From: Octopus vulgaris
Taxonomy: Eukaryota
Assembly: GCA_951406725.2 (NCBI GenBank)
Contig: OX597831.1
Location: 41,292,001-41,356,000 of the forward strand
Reading direction: 5' to 3'
DNA: 64,000 bases
Made by a program: the position numbers and the translations under genes. Under the pieces are notes generated by a model. It saw only the letters and a list, made by a program, of their open reading frames with translations. It was not told where the DNA came from and searched no databases. Each line of letters begins with the position of its first letter. The stretch's first letter is position 1. Shown here in pieces: positions 50,460 through 64,000 of the stretch.

Positions 50460-52780
50460 CTGATAAAGAAAAGTGCAAAAAAAATATTTAGTTTCCAGTG
50501 CACAAAACAGACAAAAAGAACACAGTTCCAATAACAGACAGAGTCAACATCCATTGACGAGGTTGCAAAAGCAACAAAAATTTTGGAAAAGAAAATATAT
50601 AAATAATGAGTGGAAATTGAACCAGTGAGTGTGTTAGATATTAAGGTAAGTATGAATTTCCCCAGACAACAAAGCTTTTTTTTAGTTTTTTAATTTGAGA
50701 AATTTTTTTTAAATTCGAGGCGTAAGAACAGGACCACAGGCCCTATAATTATGAGTTGCACTTTTATTAGAACAGCCAAGCCACAAATGTGGTGGTGTAC
50801 TTGTTAAATCAAGCACTAATCTCTAAAACAGGCCAAAGAAGACCTCTAACAACGACAAAGTTTAACTAAACCCCAAAGAGCTTGTGTTTTAATCATTATC
50901 ATTTCAGTCTCTTTTCAAGCTGACATGGGTTGGATGGTTCAACAGGATCCAACAAGCCACAAGGCTATGTCAGGTCCCAATATCAGCTTTCACATCATTT
51001 CTATAAGTGGAGCCCTTCCTAACAACAATCACTTTCCAGCATGTACTGGGTGCTTTTTGTTCTTGACACCGGCACTAGTAAGGTTGCCAAGTAACTTTAC
51101 AAGACAAAGCAAAGAAAAAGGAAGGAAGGAAAAAGTCCCCTCCACTGAGTAGGAGTATATCTGAAAGAAGGAGTTGTAGCGTTATGCCTGGTGTTGAGCA
51201 GTGACAGTATGAGAGACAAGCATAAGCGTCTTGATACTTAGGGAGATACGTGGCTACCCTACAATACACAACGATGAGAGAAAGTAGCTTGAAGGGAGAT
51301 AAAGACAGTGATGAAAGCATACTCTCAAGGAACAAGAAGTTGAGTATAAGAGAGGCTATGGACAGTGGATCAAGAGGGGCGAGAAAAGGGTAGATAATTT
51401 CACAAGTTTGTGGGAGGAGAGTGACATATGGTCAGAGAAAAAGCTTGGGGTGAATGTAATGAAGGATGAAAAAGGGTGGTGGCGTGGTTGATGGTAAATA
51501 TCCATAGGGAAGGGGAAGAAGGAGAGACAGCTTTCTGAAGGAGTCACCACTTGCATCAAGACATTAACTGTAATGCCTATCTCTAGTATGGGTTATAATA
51601 TAAAGCATAGCAAACAACCTTTAACATAGATAGACAAATTGATGCCCTAAGCCAAGAGGGGCAGACTTTTGTGAGAGTGTGCACCCAAAATGCTGGTAAT
51701 ATTTATCTTTGAGTTAGCCAGGGTACTGCTGAGAAAAGATTAAGCAAACAGTGATTCCAATACTTACTTTTGAAATTTGGCACTTATTCTATTAGTCACT
51801 TTTGCTAAACCACTAAGTTACGAGGATATAAACAAACCAACACCAGATATAAAGTGGGGGAGGGGGACAAACACCAAGGCACACACACAATGGGTATCTT
51901 TCAGTTTCTGTCTACCAAATCCACTCACAAGGTTTTGGTCAATGCAGGGTTATAGTCAGACACCCTTGCCCAAGGTTCCACACAGCAGGACTGAACTTGG
52001 AACCATGTGATTGGGAAGCAAACTTCTTACCACACACCCATGCCTGCACTTATCCCTTTTTCCTTTCTTTCTTTTTTTATGCCAATTAGCGTAAAGTACT
52101 TATATTCATGTGAATTCACAATCTGTTACACTTCCATGGAATCAAGCAGCTGACACACTGTAGTTGTCGGGTGGCAACCTCAGTTCAATGGTGTTCCAGT
52201 CACTGAGTCAGCTGTTGGAAACAGCATGTAGTTTCAATAAAACTCTGAATTTGTACTACTATTTTATCATTTTAAAGTAACCTGTTACTTTATTAAATAT
52301 GTTCAACAAATACCTGTTTACTTGTACAATTATTATTATTGTTATGTACAATAATTATTATTATTATTATTATCATTATTGTTATTAGAAGAGCTGTTCT
52401 ACTGGCTGACATCAATGTGGGAAAAGCTCACATTTTATACTTTCTAAGTATTTCAAACCCTAGTTTTAGACAGATTTTTTTCGAACTTGAAAAAAAAAAA
52501 AAAGAAAACTAGTATGCCATAATGCTGTAAGCATTAATTTGCAATAGATAGGTAGTGCACAGGTGAATAGACAGACATTGGATGAATAGAAAGTTTACAG
52601 ATAGCAAACAGATAGTGCGTAAATGTTGAACACACTGTGTGTAACTGTTGATTAACAGCAAGTGTCATTCACAAGTGAGCTTATATAATAGAACTGAAAC
52701 CTACTGAAAACTAGAGAAGATCTTAGAAAACAAATTAGACACTGAGAAGATTACAATGGTGCCTCAACAATCCAATTTTT

Positions 52781-53263
52781 GGTGCTACTTTGGCATATGA
52801 TCTACAACTTAGACGGCAATTATTTTAGATTACTTTTTTAGCTTACTTTTCAATTTTCAAAAACCCTTAGGATGTTGGCTGAAGATTTTTACAATGACAC
52901 CAGCTACAAGACAAAGGTAGTTGCATTTTTACTAAAAAAAATAGCCTTTTAGATGTAGATGAAGAAAATATTGCACTATGACATCATTGTGGTGGAGAAA
53001 TGAAGGAAGCTTAAAGAAAAGGGGACAACAGTGAAATTTTGCCAACTTTATGTTGCAAAACTCACAGCTGCCAAACTTGTGTGATCTATGCACTTTATTA
53101 TATTATTCTTGTTTTCTTATAATTGTTTTCTAAGACATAAATGAAACATGGTTTTACTATTATTAAAATAGTAAGAATTTTGAAAAAATACATTTAAAAG
53201 AAATCATAAAGTAACCTAAAGTAATAGCCCTTTAAGTTGTAGATCATACGCCAAAGTAACACC
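52781..53263. mobile_element. MITE with about 35-bp TIRs, GG termini (Merlin-like)
   Basis: ggtgctactttggcatatgatctacaactta / taagttgtagatcatacgccaaagtaacacc; imperfect 8-bp TSD caattttt/taattttc. Confidence 0.72.
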
Positions 53264-53381
53264 TAATTTTCTTTGAAAAAAAAAAAAATTACTAGAAAGA
53301 AAAGGTTAGGCCTCAACACACATTGGTTAAATTCATTATATTACTGCTGTTATAATAAATACAAATACTGATAATACAAAC

Positions 53382-53543
53382 CTTTTCATCAGGAGGACAT
53401 TTGAAGAGATTTTGAAATGTCAGCACTACATTTTTGGTAAATCTTGGTGCAAATACATCTTTCTCAGCACCAAATTGGTGTCGAGACTGCCGCACAATGG
53501 AGTCAATCACATATAATCCTGGAACTTTGTATTCGGATTTACA
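53382..53543 (-). CDS. SCAF8: SCAF4/8 exon, CID domain (CKSEYKVPGLYVIDSIVRQSRHQFG...PPDEK)
   Basis: 162 nt; ttgcAG acceptor, AAG|GTttgt donor; contains the DSI CID motif. Confidence 0.97.
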
Positions 53544-54753
53544 CTGCAATATCAGAGAAGAAGGACATTACTTTTGAAATCCAATAACAAAAAATAAAAT
53601 CTTTTTAAATGCTCCACGCTCTAACCCATCTGATACCAACCCACCGAAGAATATGGCAGTTTCTTAAAACCCTTTAACATTTAAGCCAGCCACCACATCC
53701 GGACCAAATTTTATACTGGTTTAATAATGTTCAAACTGTCCAGATCCAAGTTCCCACACCTCTCATACAATGTCATTCTAAAACTAAATCATATCATTGA
53801 AATCTGGAAGCTACACGATAAAGCATGATTAATTCATAAAGTGAATAAATTAGCTTTATAGTTGGCTGAGTAATTTGAGTGCAAAGAGTTTAAGAATATT
53901 TTGAGTTATGTTTAAAGAAAAACTTAATGCAAAAGTTAGTTATTTTACTAAATCCCAACAAATTTCTGATTATTTCCATGATAGCATAGGTTGGATGGTT
54001 TAACAGGAGCCAATGAACCCAGTTCCAATATCTACTTTAGTATGGTTTCTACACAAAATGCCCTTCCTAATACCAACCATTTCAATAGTTTAAAAAAAAA
54101 AACACTTTTAAAGTTCCTTTGTGCAAAAGTTACCCGACTTTAATTTCTAAACTATCTTCTCTTGCACTAACTAATGTATAATATACATTTAAGTGATTCT
54201 TCTATAACTACTTCAAGTACACCAGAGGTTTTATGATTGGCTGATGAGGTCTGAATAATACTAAAACATGTCTGCTATTGACACTTCCATGCAGGAGGCA
54301 TGAAAATCAGACTAATACTGTTTTCCCACACTGCCTATTTATTTCTGGCCAAAATAATGCATGAAAAATTATAAAGCTCACACTAACTTTCCTAAAAATT
54401 CAATTACTTGTAGATTAAACTTTAATAAAATATTAATTTGTAAACAAACAAATAAAAACATTCTGCTTTTATTATGAAAGCATTATCTGTGTACTCAAGC
54501 ATCCACAGTAGGTGGTCAATAAAGATTTTCCACACAACCTATCATTACGAATTGATATCCACTTTTCCATGCTTGCATGGAATTTATCATCATAAATTTT
54601 CTACAACCAAATGTCCTCTCTGTCACCAACCCTCCTCAACTGTTTCCAAACAAGGTAATATTTCCTCAAAGCCACATTTTACACACAAGACTGGAAACAA
54701 ACAACCTTGTACAACAATGATGCTAATTTACAATTATCATCTGAGGTCTAGAT

Positions 54754-54940
54754 CAGTGCTTCACAACCCTTTTTTCACTTATGGTACACTTATATTCTTT
54801 TCAAAATTCAGCAATACACCTGAGCTAAAAAATATAACTAAAAGTGTAGGGAAAAAATTACATTCAGGTTACACTGTGGCACACCTAGCATCATCATCTG
54901 GCACACCAGTGTGACACAGCATACAGGTCAACGAGCACTG
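54754..54940. mobile_element. hAT (Charlie-like) MITE
   Basis: CAGTGCT...AGCACTG termini; exact 8-bp TSD gtctagat at 54746-54753 and 54941-54948 (NTCTAGAN target). Confidence 0.85.
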
Positions 54941-56622
54941 GTCTAGATAAGGGTGTATAGACACACACAATAGGTTTCTTTCAGTTACCATGTACCAAAT
55001 CCACTCACAAGGCTTTGGTTGGCCTAAGCCTATAGAAGAAAAAATTTGCCCAAAGTACTGCTCAGCCAGATTGAACCCAAAATTGCATGGTTGGGAAGCT
55101 AGCTTTTTAACCAGACAGCCACATTTATAAGTAAGTTCACAGATGAAAATAAGCTGAATGAAAAATTGCACCCAAAACAAACCACTGACACCACTATTGA
55201 GCTATACTCACTAAGTATTTTGTTAAACAATTCATACTTGAAATCAACCCTCAAAACCCACCCACCAATCCACTGAGACAGTGTCAGTGTGTCTGCAACA
55301 GAATGAAAATCAATGTCTGAAACGAAATTAATCAGTAACATATTAAATTCCATCTGAATTCCCTTGTAAACCTTTTTCCCCTTACAAGAGTGGCAAAATT
55401 AATACAGGACAAATATCCTAGTCCAACATACGTAGAACTGGTTTGGGAAATACCCCCAACAATGGCCACAGTCAATGACTGAAACCAACAATAAAATAAA
55501 CATTAAATACAAGCTTTTATCCACCCCCCCCCGCATTCAATGTTTTACAAAGGAAATAAGGTTGTTGCTCAATGACACTATGCAATAACCTTTTGTTACA
55601 TTTGGGTGTCTTTATTTTATGTGTATTCATGATAAACTAGCAAGACCAGTGATAACCCAATGTTTTGTAATTTTATATTTTTGATGCATAGTTCATACAT
55701 CTTCATAACATTGTTTCATTACACAATACTTTTATTACACAAACTAAACATTGCTGTTTCTTGCTTCAAAGAACTATCAAGAGCAAGATGAGGTTGTTTC
55801 CCTTAGAAGCATAAGCCTTCCAACACACGTAATGGCAAGCACGCTTTAATAAAATATTGTAATATTTCTGTGAGATCTCTGGTTCGACTTAACTACAAAG
55901 ACATCTATTGTAAGTTTTCAACCTCAAAACACCTCTATTTCTCCATATTCAGGACCAATACTCTGTAGAAGTGGGGAATCTGCAGCCTTCAAAAAGTACA
56001 TTTCAGTGCTTGAATATTTTTGTTAGTTAAATTATATTTAAAGCCTTCCTTTTCAACTAACTGCAACTTTTAGAAACACCTTTGTTTCTTTACCCACACT
56101 TGTAATCACTATGTGTTTAAAAACACCAAAGAAATTTTCAGGTGGGAGAGTTATTAGAAAGTCCACAACTTTTAATTAGGTTAGAGTTTTAATGAATAAT
56201 TACACTTTATTTCATGTTGCTCCAGTCCAATCAGCTGGCAAAAATGAGTAATCCTTCAACAGACTGGTATCCTGTCCAGGGAGGGAAAATATACTCTACA
56301 GGATCTGGGAAACCAGTCTTATGAGCCTATGGATCAGGAAAGGCCTTTAACCCTTTATATAATACATCTCACTAAGTATGCCCTTCCAACATACATTTTC
56401 AGTCTCATAGCTTGTTTGCTTCTTCTGATAAGCAGTAACTAACCAAATGGAAAATAAAAATTTATACCACTACACAGATTTTAAATGCTGAGAGCTTTAT
56501 ATATTTTACAGAATAAGAACTTTGATTTCCAATTTTGAATTTTAGTTGAGAACTGATTAGCTACTCATTTAAGATTTGATTGATAATTGTGAAGAATAAA
56601 GAGAAAAATTAAACAATTTTAC

Positions 56623-56751
56623 CTTTTGAATGAATTTCTCAACACTTTGAACAACATGTTTATAAAACTTGATGGCTTTAATGGCACATTTAGTCAGCTG
56701 GGCCATTTTTGCCCTAGACACGGGCGGCTTGGCTTCATAAAGACCAGATAA
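56623..56751 (-). CDS. SCAF8: SCAF4/8 exon, CID domain (LSGLYEAKPPVSRAKM...VEKFIQK)
   Basis: 129 nt; acceptor ttgcAG, donor AAG|GTaaaa; phases 0/0. Confidence 0.96.
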
Positions 56752-58039
56752 CTGCAATAGAAAATAATGGATACATATTAGATCTTAGCAAGCCAACACA
56801 TACAAATATAGAAACATCAAGGATTTGAACTTTCTATGACAATATTAACAGAGGTGAGCAATAAAAACATGTAAATAAATCTCATCTTTTGTTTTTCAGT
56901 CATTGGATTACAATCATGCTGGGATGCTTCCTTGAAGAGTTATAGACGAACAAATCAACAGTACTTTTTTACCCAAGTACTTATTCTATTAGTTTAATTT
57001 GCTGAACCACTAGGTTATGAGGACAAACAAACCAACACTGGTTGTCAAGCAGTGGCATGGGACAAGACAAACAAACACACACACACAGTGGACTTTCAGT
57101 TTCCATCTACAAAATCCATTCACAAGGCTTCAGTTGGCCCAAAGTTAAAATAGACACTTGCACAAGGTGTCATGCAGTGGGACCCTAGAACCATGTGGTT
57201 GAGAAGCAAATTTCTTACCACACAGCCATGCCTGCACCTAATACATACACAGCCATGCCCATGTCTAACATACATACATCATCATTCAGCATCTGCTTTC
57301 CTTGCTACACACACACACAAATGATGAGCTTTCCATCTCCCAGATTCACCCAAAAATTTTGGTTAGTCCAGGACTATAATAGAAGACACTTGCCCAAGGT
57401 GCTGCACAGTGGCACAGAACCGAAGACCACATGGTTGGGAAGCAAGTCCTTTACCACAAGGCTATCCCTAAATATATTTAGAGCAATTCCCCATACTTGC
57501 TGGAATCAAAATAATTTTAGTAATTCATTAATGTCATCTTTTCTTCACCATATAGTCTTTTTTTAAAATACTTTTTACAAACTGACTACCGTTTCTCATA
57601 CATATTGGCCTCCTTTTCTAATAGTGTCACCATCCTCTAAAATATACCAATATTGTTAACTGACATTATTATCTCCTCAAAACTAATACTATGATAAAGA
57701 TGTATTAGATACGTGAACTTGAATATATCAGGTTATTAACCAGCAGAGTAGGCCTTATCTTAGTGAAAGCTTTGTACAAATCCAATTCCATAACACCAAT
57801 GAAATCATGTACCTAGCAATAACCACTGCTGAACTACCATCTTATTGTTATCCAGAATCAATTGTATTTTTGTTTTATCTTCAACTGATGAGATTGATGT
57901 CGTCCATATCCTATACAAATATCTGCATATTTCCGAATGCAAATAAGGGGTTTGCAGTACGGTCATTCTTTATGTTGTTTGTCTTTCGTTGTTCGAAAAA
58001 ATAGTTCATATTCCATGTACTCACACTTCATATTTTGTG

Positions 58040-58385
58040 AATCTTGTGGTACCAGTGCCGGTGGCACATAAGAAAACCATCCGAACATGGCCGTAGCCAG
58101 TACCACATCGACTGGCCTCCATGCTGTGGGCACGTAACAAACACCATCCGATCGTGGCCGATCGCCAGCCTCATCTGGCACCTGTGTCGGTGGCATGTAA
58201 CAAACACCATCCGATCGTGGCCGATCGCCAGCCTCGTCTGGCACCTGTGTCAAGGGCATCCAGCTGTAGAAACACTGCCAGATCTGACTGGCCTGGTGCA
58301 GCCTTTGGGCTCCCCAGACCCCAGTTGAACCGTCCAACCCATGCTAGCATGGAAAGTGGACATTAAACGATGATGATGATGATGA
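58040..58385 (+). mobile_element. (GAT)n-tailed retroelement with an internal 63-bp tandem duplication
   Basis: gtaacaaacaccatccgatcgtggccgatcgccagcctc.tctggcacctgtgtc occurs twice; tail aacgatgatgatgatg. Confidence 0.75.
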
Positions 58386-59232
58386 AATGTTTGGAAGAAA
58401 AAAAAAATGCTTGCAGTAAGAGGGATTCTGTTAAAAGTACCCAGGGACCAGATGGATATATTAAACATGGCAAAAAGAAACAAAAAAAAACTATAGTTTA
58501 GCCTCCCTCAGGTCAGCTCTGATGAAGATCTATGATCAAACCTATTCCAACCATGACCAACACATATCAATGAGTTCTTCAGCAACAGTAAAGTATCTTA
58601 TGAAACTACCATTTTTACATCTCAAATTGGCATAGGCATGATGAGGCTAATGAACTTCCCAGCCATGTGGTTTCAGGTTTAATCCCAGGGTGGCACCTTG
58701 AGCCAAGTGCCTTCTACTACAGCCTGGGTCTGACCAAAGCCCTGAGTTTCTTTCAGTTTCTGAAATTCACTTTGTTTGTGTGTGTCCATCCATGCTTGTC
58801 CTGACATTGCCTGATAGTTGCAAATGAATGTCATTCATTTCCAATATTCTGCATTATTAAGCTTTGTTTGAAATACAACTCGAAATAACATATTTCAATT
58901 TAAATACAAACACTTTAGCACTCAGCATTCAGATTACCCTATCAACTGTTATGATACAGCACTTAAAATAGAGATAAGTATCTACAGATAAACATTCAAG
59001 CATAAAGAAGAAATATTTGTAGAAAATTATAGAAAGATGAAAGTAGTGGGGGGAGGGGGAGGGGGAGGGGCGATTGGGAAATTTGTTTCATCTGAGATAT
59101 AGAGAGCTGAAAATGACAAAAGTTTGAGAAAGAAAGCAAAGGAGAGATAGAAAAAGAGACAGAAGGCAAGAGCTTGGAGGTTCAGTACTACAACCTTCAA
59201 TCAACCAATGCCTCAAGAGTGGAATTAACAGG

Positions 59233-59515
59233 TAGAAACTACAAGGAAGCCCTTCATATGTATGGGAGAGAAAGAGAGAGCTGGTGGGCATGTCAATTCA
59301 GTACATTATTTATGTCAACTGAGCAAGAAACAGTGTCATTGTTTACTTTCTGCAGTGAACTGCTCCATAGTTGGAAACTGCAAGGAAGCCCTTCATATGT
59401 GTGAGAGAGAAATAGACAGCAGGTGGGTGTAGATGTCAGTTCAGTATATTACTATACCGATTGAGCAACAAATGGCATTATTGCTTTCTGCAGCAAACAA
59501 CTGCTCCATAGTTCA
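59233..59515. repeat. Diverged tandem duplication, about 140 bp x2
   Basis: gaaact.caaggaagcccttcatatgt...actgctccatagtt repeated. Confidence 0.8.
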
Positions 59516-60944
59516 ATTGACATAGGACCGATGGAATGACAGCTTAGTAGAAACACTAGTTAAAGGTTAGCAACTGGAAGAGCATCCATCTAAAGAAAAA
59601 TCTGCCTAAAAACTTTGTCTAATCTACACCAACATGGAAAAAAAAAAGCAGGCATAAAAATAGTAATATTGTACTGTGATACAAAGGGAAAACTATATTG
59701 ACAGATATTAAAATTATTTTCTAAAAGTGGGATTCCTTTTGCAATTAAGGTTAGTGCTTAGTCAAACACACAATATATCCACTAATAAGAAATAGCTTCA
59801 CAACCTATGAGTACGTCACCCATTTAACTTTCAGTCTACTGAGCCATGAGAATGAAGAATTTTCATCTTGTATTTATTTTCTACAAGTTTTACAAAAATT
59901 CATTAGCTATCCACAGTTATTTATATTATGAGGGAGAGGGGTTTGGAGGGTGAGTTAGAAAAGCAACCATGCTCTGAACTTTGACTTGCAAGAGATGAAA
60001 CACTGTTAAGTCACAAAACATTTGCAACTAGAAGTAGTCAAAAACATCTGCAAGATCTACCAACATTTAAAACATGCAACTCTGTGACACTCCCTGTGGT
60101 GAGTTGTCAAGCCTGTACATAACATTAAACTATAGCAAATGGAGCCTCCATTAGTTCCTTTGAAAAATATTCCAGTTGTTTGATCAACTGAACTGAATAC
60201 TCATAATGTTATAGTTTAGGTGGCTGAGTACCCAACATACACCTGTACTCTTAAGATAATCCTCAAACAAATCACCAGCACAGTGTAACAAGACTGGTTC
60301 TTTAAATTGCAACAAGTACAGCCTGTTTGATGTGCTTCCACTCAATTTCTGCCAACCCACTTTTGCTTACCTGGCTTAGAGGACCAAGATGTGGTGCATT
60401 GTTGTAATCAAGAAGACGCACTCACTACAACAGAATTGAGATCCTAAAACCAAGGTACCACATAAAAAGCATTGGTGTAGGTGCTGGTGACAGTGCCACG
60501 TAAAAAGCACTGGTGAATGTGCCACATAAAAAGCACAGGTGATGGTGCCATGTAAAAAGCACCAGTACATGCAACCCATGCCAGCAAAGAAAATAAACAT
60601 TGCTGAGACTAAACCTCAGACCTTATATGATAGTGAAGTAAACTCCTCAAATATTCAACCAAGTGTGCGCATGCACACACACATAGGTCAACAGATCCCA
60701 GTTGAAAATCTAAGTAAGTGTAAAAAAAGAAACAAACTAAGGCAGTGCCACAGTTTAACTAACCGATTCTCATGAACGTGTCTGTACTTTTAAAAATAGA
60801 ATCCACAATTGGCAATAACTCAGGTTTAATTAAATAGTTCTGTGTACTTTTACACAGTATCAGAATCGCGTTCAGACAAAATGCCAATTCTTGACAGAAA
60901 TTTATATTCAATTGCTCTCATTCTGGAATATGACAGTGACTATA

Positions 60945-61270
60945 GGCACAGACATGTGGCCAGGAAGCTCGTTTTGGATTCAGTCCCACTGGGCAACACC
61001 ATGGGCAAGTGTCTTTCACTATACCCCAGGGCTGAACAACACCATGTGAATGAATTTGGTAGATGGAAACTGTGTTTTCTCCCTACCACTACTTGATAAC
61101 TGGTGCTGGTTTGTTTATGTCCCCACAACTAAGTAATTCAGCTAAGAGACCAATAGAATATGTATCAGACTTAAAAATCAGTACTAGAAGTCAATTCATT
61201 CCACTAAACCACTCAAAGTGGTGCCCCTGCATGGTTACAGTCCAATAACTGAAACAAGTTGAAGATAAAA
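60945..61270 (+). mobile_element. SINE family A, diverged (another at about 63000-63280)
   Basis: Colinear with family A. Confidence 0.75.
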
Positions 61271-61749
61271 GATATATTTTATCAAACCCTGAGAGATAAA
61301 AAGTCAGCTCCAGCTGGATTTGAACCAGACACTAAAATAAAGGGAAACGGGTATTCTATTCTTTATTTTTCTAATGATTTCAGTATTTGGATTGTGGTCA
61401 TGCTGAGGAACCACGTTCAAGAGCATCATCAATTATAGCATCTCCAATACTCATGAAAGACAGAAGGCAACATCAGGCATTTACAACATCCGTCAATTTT
61501 TCATAAGTTGAACGATGAAAGCTTCGTGGGGGAAACAACTTGTATATGTGAAATTCTAGTTCAAATATACAAAAACTTATAGAAACTTTTCTAATGTTGT
61601 AACAAGTCTATGCAGGTGAATAAATTTTATACAATAACATGAGTGGTACCAGCATTTAAAACTAGATAGAACCACCAAAGATGATCTCGAGACTACCAAG
61701 TACTCACAAGATACCCCCCCCCTCAGTATTGAAGGATGAGAATAGTATA

Positions 61750-62000
61750 TCACATCCTTCAAGAGTTTCCTCCATATGATCAAAAATAATGAGTTTTGAG
61801 CCATTTTACAGAAGCAGTATCAAGAAATAAGCCTGAAGTATGGACAAACAAAATCTGGATGCTACACCACTACAATGCACAGAGCTCACACAGCCTATCA
61901 GTGACAGCAAAGAACATGACATATTTGGTCTCCCATATGCTATACATCCAGGATTTAGCCTCTGATGATGCTTTCTGTTCTCATATTTGAGATTTACATG
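61750..62000 (+). pseudogene. Decayed mariner transposase fragment
   Basis: EAVSRNKPEVWTNKIWMLHHYNA..SH and YIQDLASDD resemble the mariner motifs WILHHDNAPAH and YSPDLAPCDF. Confidence 0.7.
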
Positions 62001-64000
62001 GAAAAATTGCCTATTTCTGCTAGTTTATGTAATATAAATTAAGGCATCTTTTCAGTACAAATAGAGCTTCATTGTCTAATGTGTCCTTTACCAATTTGCT
62101 AATGTATAATGGCTGGGTGGGATTTTAAAGAAATTTGGTTGCTATATATAAAGGTCAAGTTATGGTTTGAATTTTTAAAAAATAAAAAAAAACAGGGTAT
62201 AAGTCACTTAAGAAGGGGTGAGGTAGAAGTAGAAGGGCCTAGCAATATTCCAGATACGTGTGTGTGTGTGTGTTACATAATATTGAATGCTTTTCACAAG
62301 TGGAGTTGCTGTTCCATAACAAAAGTAATTTTATTTATTGTAAATGATAGTAAATTGATTAGGATAGGCATCCAGCCATAGAAACCATGCCAAAGCAGAC
62401 ACTGTGGAACACAGATTCCATCAGATCCTATCCAAACCATCCAACACATACATGCCAGCATTGAACACAGACATGAAATAATGTTTCAATGGCAATTTTA
62501 GACAAATGGATATTGTGGGCCAAATGCACCACCACTATCATCACCATTACTATCAACATTCACTAATTGAAAAATCTGTTATTTTCTGACATGATGGAAC
62601 CTCAATAAAGTTGCTAAATCAGTCATATCTCTCAATAATATCCTATTGTGAACAATGGTGAAAAAAAAATCTTAAATCAAGCAGATACAATGACGCCCTC
62701 CCATCTTAAAACAAAGCTAACATGACAAGAACAGCTCCTTTGACAAATAAATAACAGGATTCAACAGAAATATGAATATTTGTATATGTAACATTCACAT
62801 TTGGTATTTTAATGTCAACAGGAAGTGGATAGGTTTACTGATGGAGACAAGAAATGAAGGTAAAGGTTCAAGAGAAACTGGAAAAAAAAAAAGGACTACA
62901 AAACTTATATGAAAGAAAATATATTAGAATTGGTTTACAATTTTACTATTCACTGTAGACTGGAAATTCTGCTGGAAAAAAGATTATATAGATTTCTCAA
63001 TCACATAGTTCCAGGCTCAGTACCACTGTGTGACACCTTGGGCAAGTGTCTTCCACTACAGCCCTGGGCTGACCAAAGCCTTGTGAGTAGATTTGATTGG
63101 TGGGAACTGAAAGAAGCTTATCGTGTGCATGCGTGTTTTGTCACTCACCACCACCACTTAACATGTGATGGTTTGTTTATGGCCCTGTGACTTAGCAGTT
63201 CCGCAAAAGAGAATGATAGAACAAGTATCAGGTTTTAAAAAAGAGAAACAAAGTACTTGGGACAATTTGTTCAACTAAAGAGACACACATTTCTATATTT
63301 TTAACCCTTCTGGTACCAACACCATTGACACCACCCATGACTATGATACCAACTTCCTGTTCAAAGTGATCTACATTAAAACCTACCATTAAAATTTCAT
63401 GTTGATTTATATTCAAACACCAGCTTAATAATAACAAAATTAATTTCCAAAAATTATTCAGCATTCTTAAAATTAACTAAAAGTCAGAAGCTGACAGAAA
63501 TAGGATAACAAAAGGGTTAACCAAGGCAACCTATGTACAACTGATAAGATATTACATGTGTTTGAGACAGGAAGCAAGAGAGCTCTAACATTTAGCCAAT
63601 CTAGGAAATATAGATCTACTCTCCACTATATATAGCTCACAATCTAAATCAATGGTCCAATCACATATTCTCTTTAACATTCATTTTGGCAACTTTAAAG
63701 AAAACTTAAACCACAAAGATTTCTCCCAGAAAACGCCATCAGCCTGTTACCAATACATTAATTACATTATTTATTAATACGCAGACATAATCATATATAC
63801 ACGTAGCATTTGCAAGCTACAACATTATTTAACAAAAGTCAATTCAAACACTATAAACATATAGAAAGTGACACTATATTACGTTATAATGTGTGTGTGT
63901 GTGTGTACAACCTTGATTACAAGTTTATCTCAAACTAAACTGCAAAATATCATACATAAAAAGAAAGCCACATGCATTATTTGTGCTCAAGCTAGAAATC

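Noticed and set aside
58515-58545. CTGATGA-agatc-tat-gatc-AAAC as a hammerhead
   Set aside because: No GAAA, no stem I or III; lies in a diverged dispersed repeat.

Overview
AT-rich, microsatellite- and SINE-dense eukaryotic genomic DNA. The repeat families look like those of Octopus; this is inferred from repeat content, not checked. The window is dominated by one minus-strand, intron-rich gene, the SCAF4/SCAF8 (SR-related CTD-associated factor) orthologue. I reconstructed 16 coding exons (56751 down to the stop at 17225-17227), all GT-AG and phase-compatible, summing to 4815 nt (1604 codons plus stop). Domain order is CID, Gln-rich, RS, RRM, Pro/Gly-rich, mixed-charge, acidic tail. The short first coding exon was not found and probably lies beyond 64000. 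A SINE-free stretch of about 4.3 kb after the stop looks like a long 3'UTR; it holds a GC-richer multi-stem element just upstream of an AAUAAA. The rest is tRNA-derived SINEs, MITEs with clear TSDs (piggyBac-, Merlin-, hAT-, Tc1/mariner-like), decayed LINE and mariner fragments, and tandem repeats. Most notable are several degenerate type I hammerhead-ribozyme motifs: two in an inverted Penelope-like repeat and one fused behind a tRNA-like Pol III head. Most ORFs in the supplied track are spurious.
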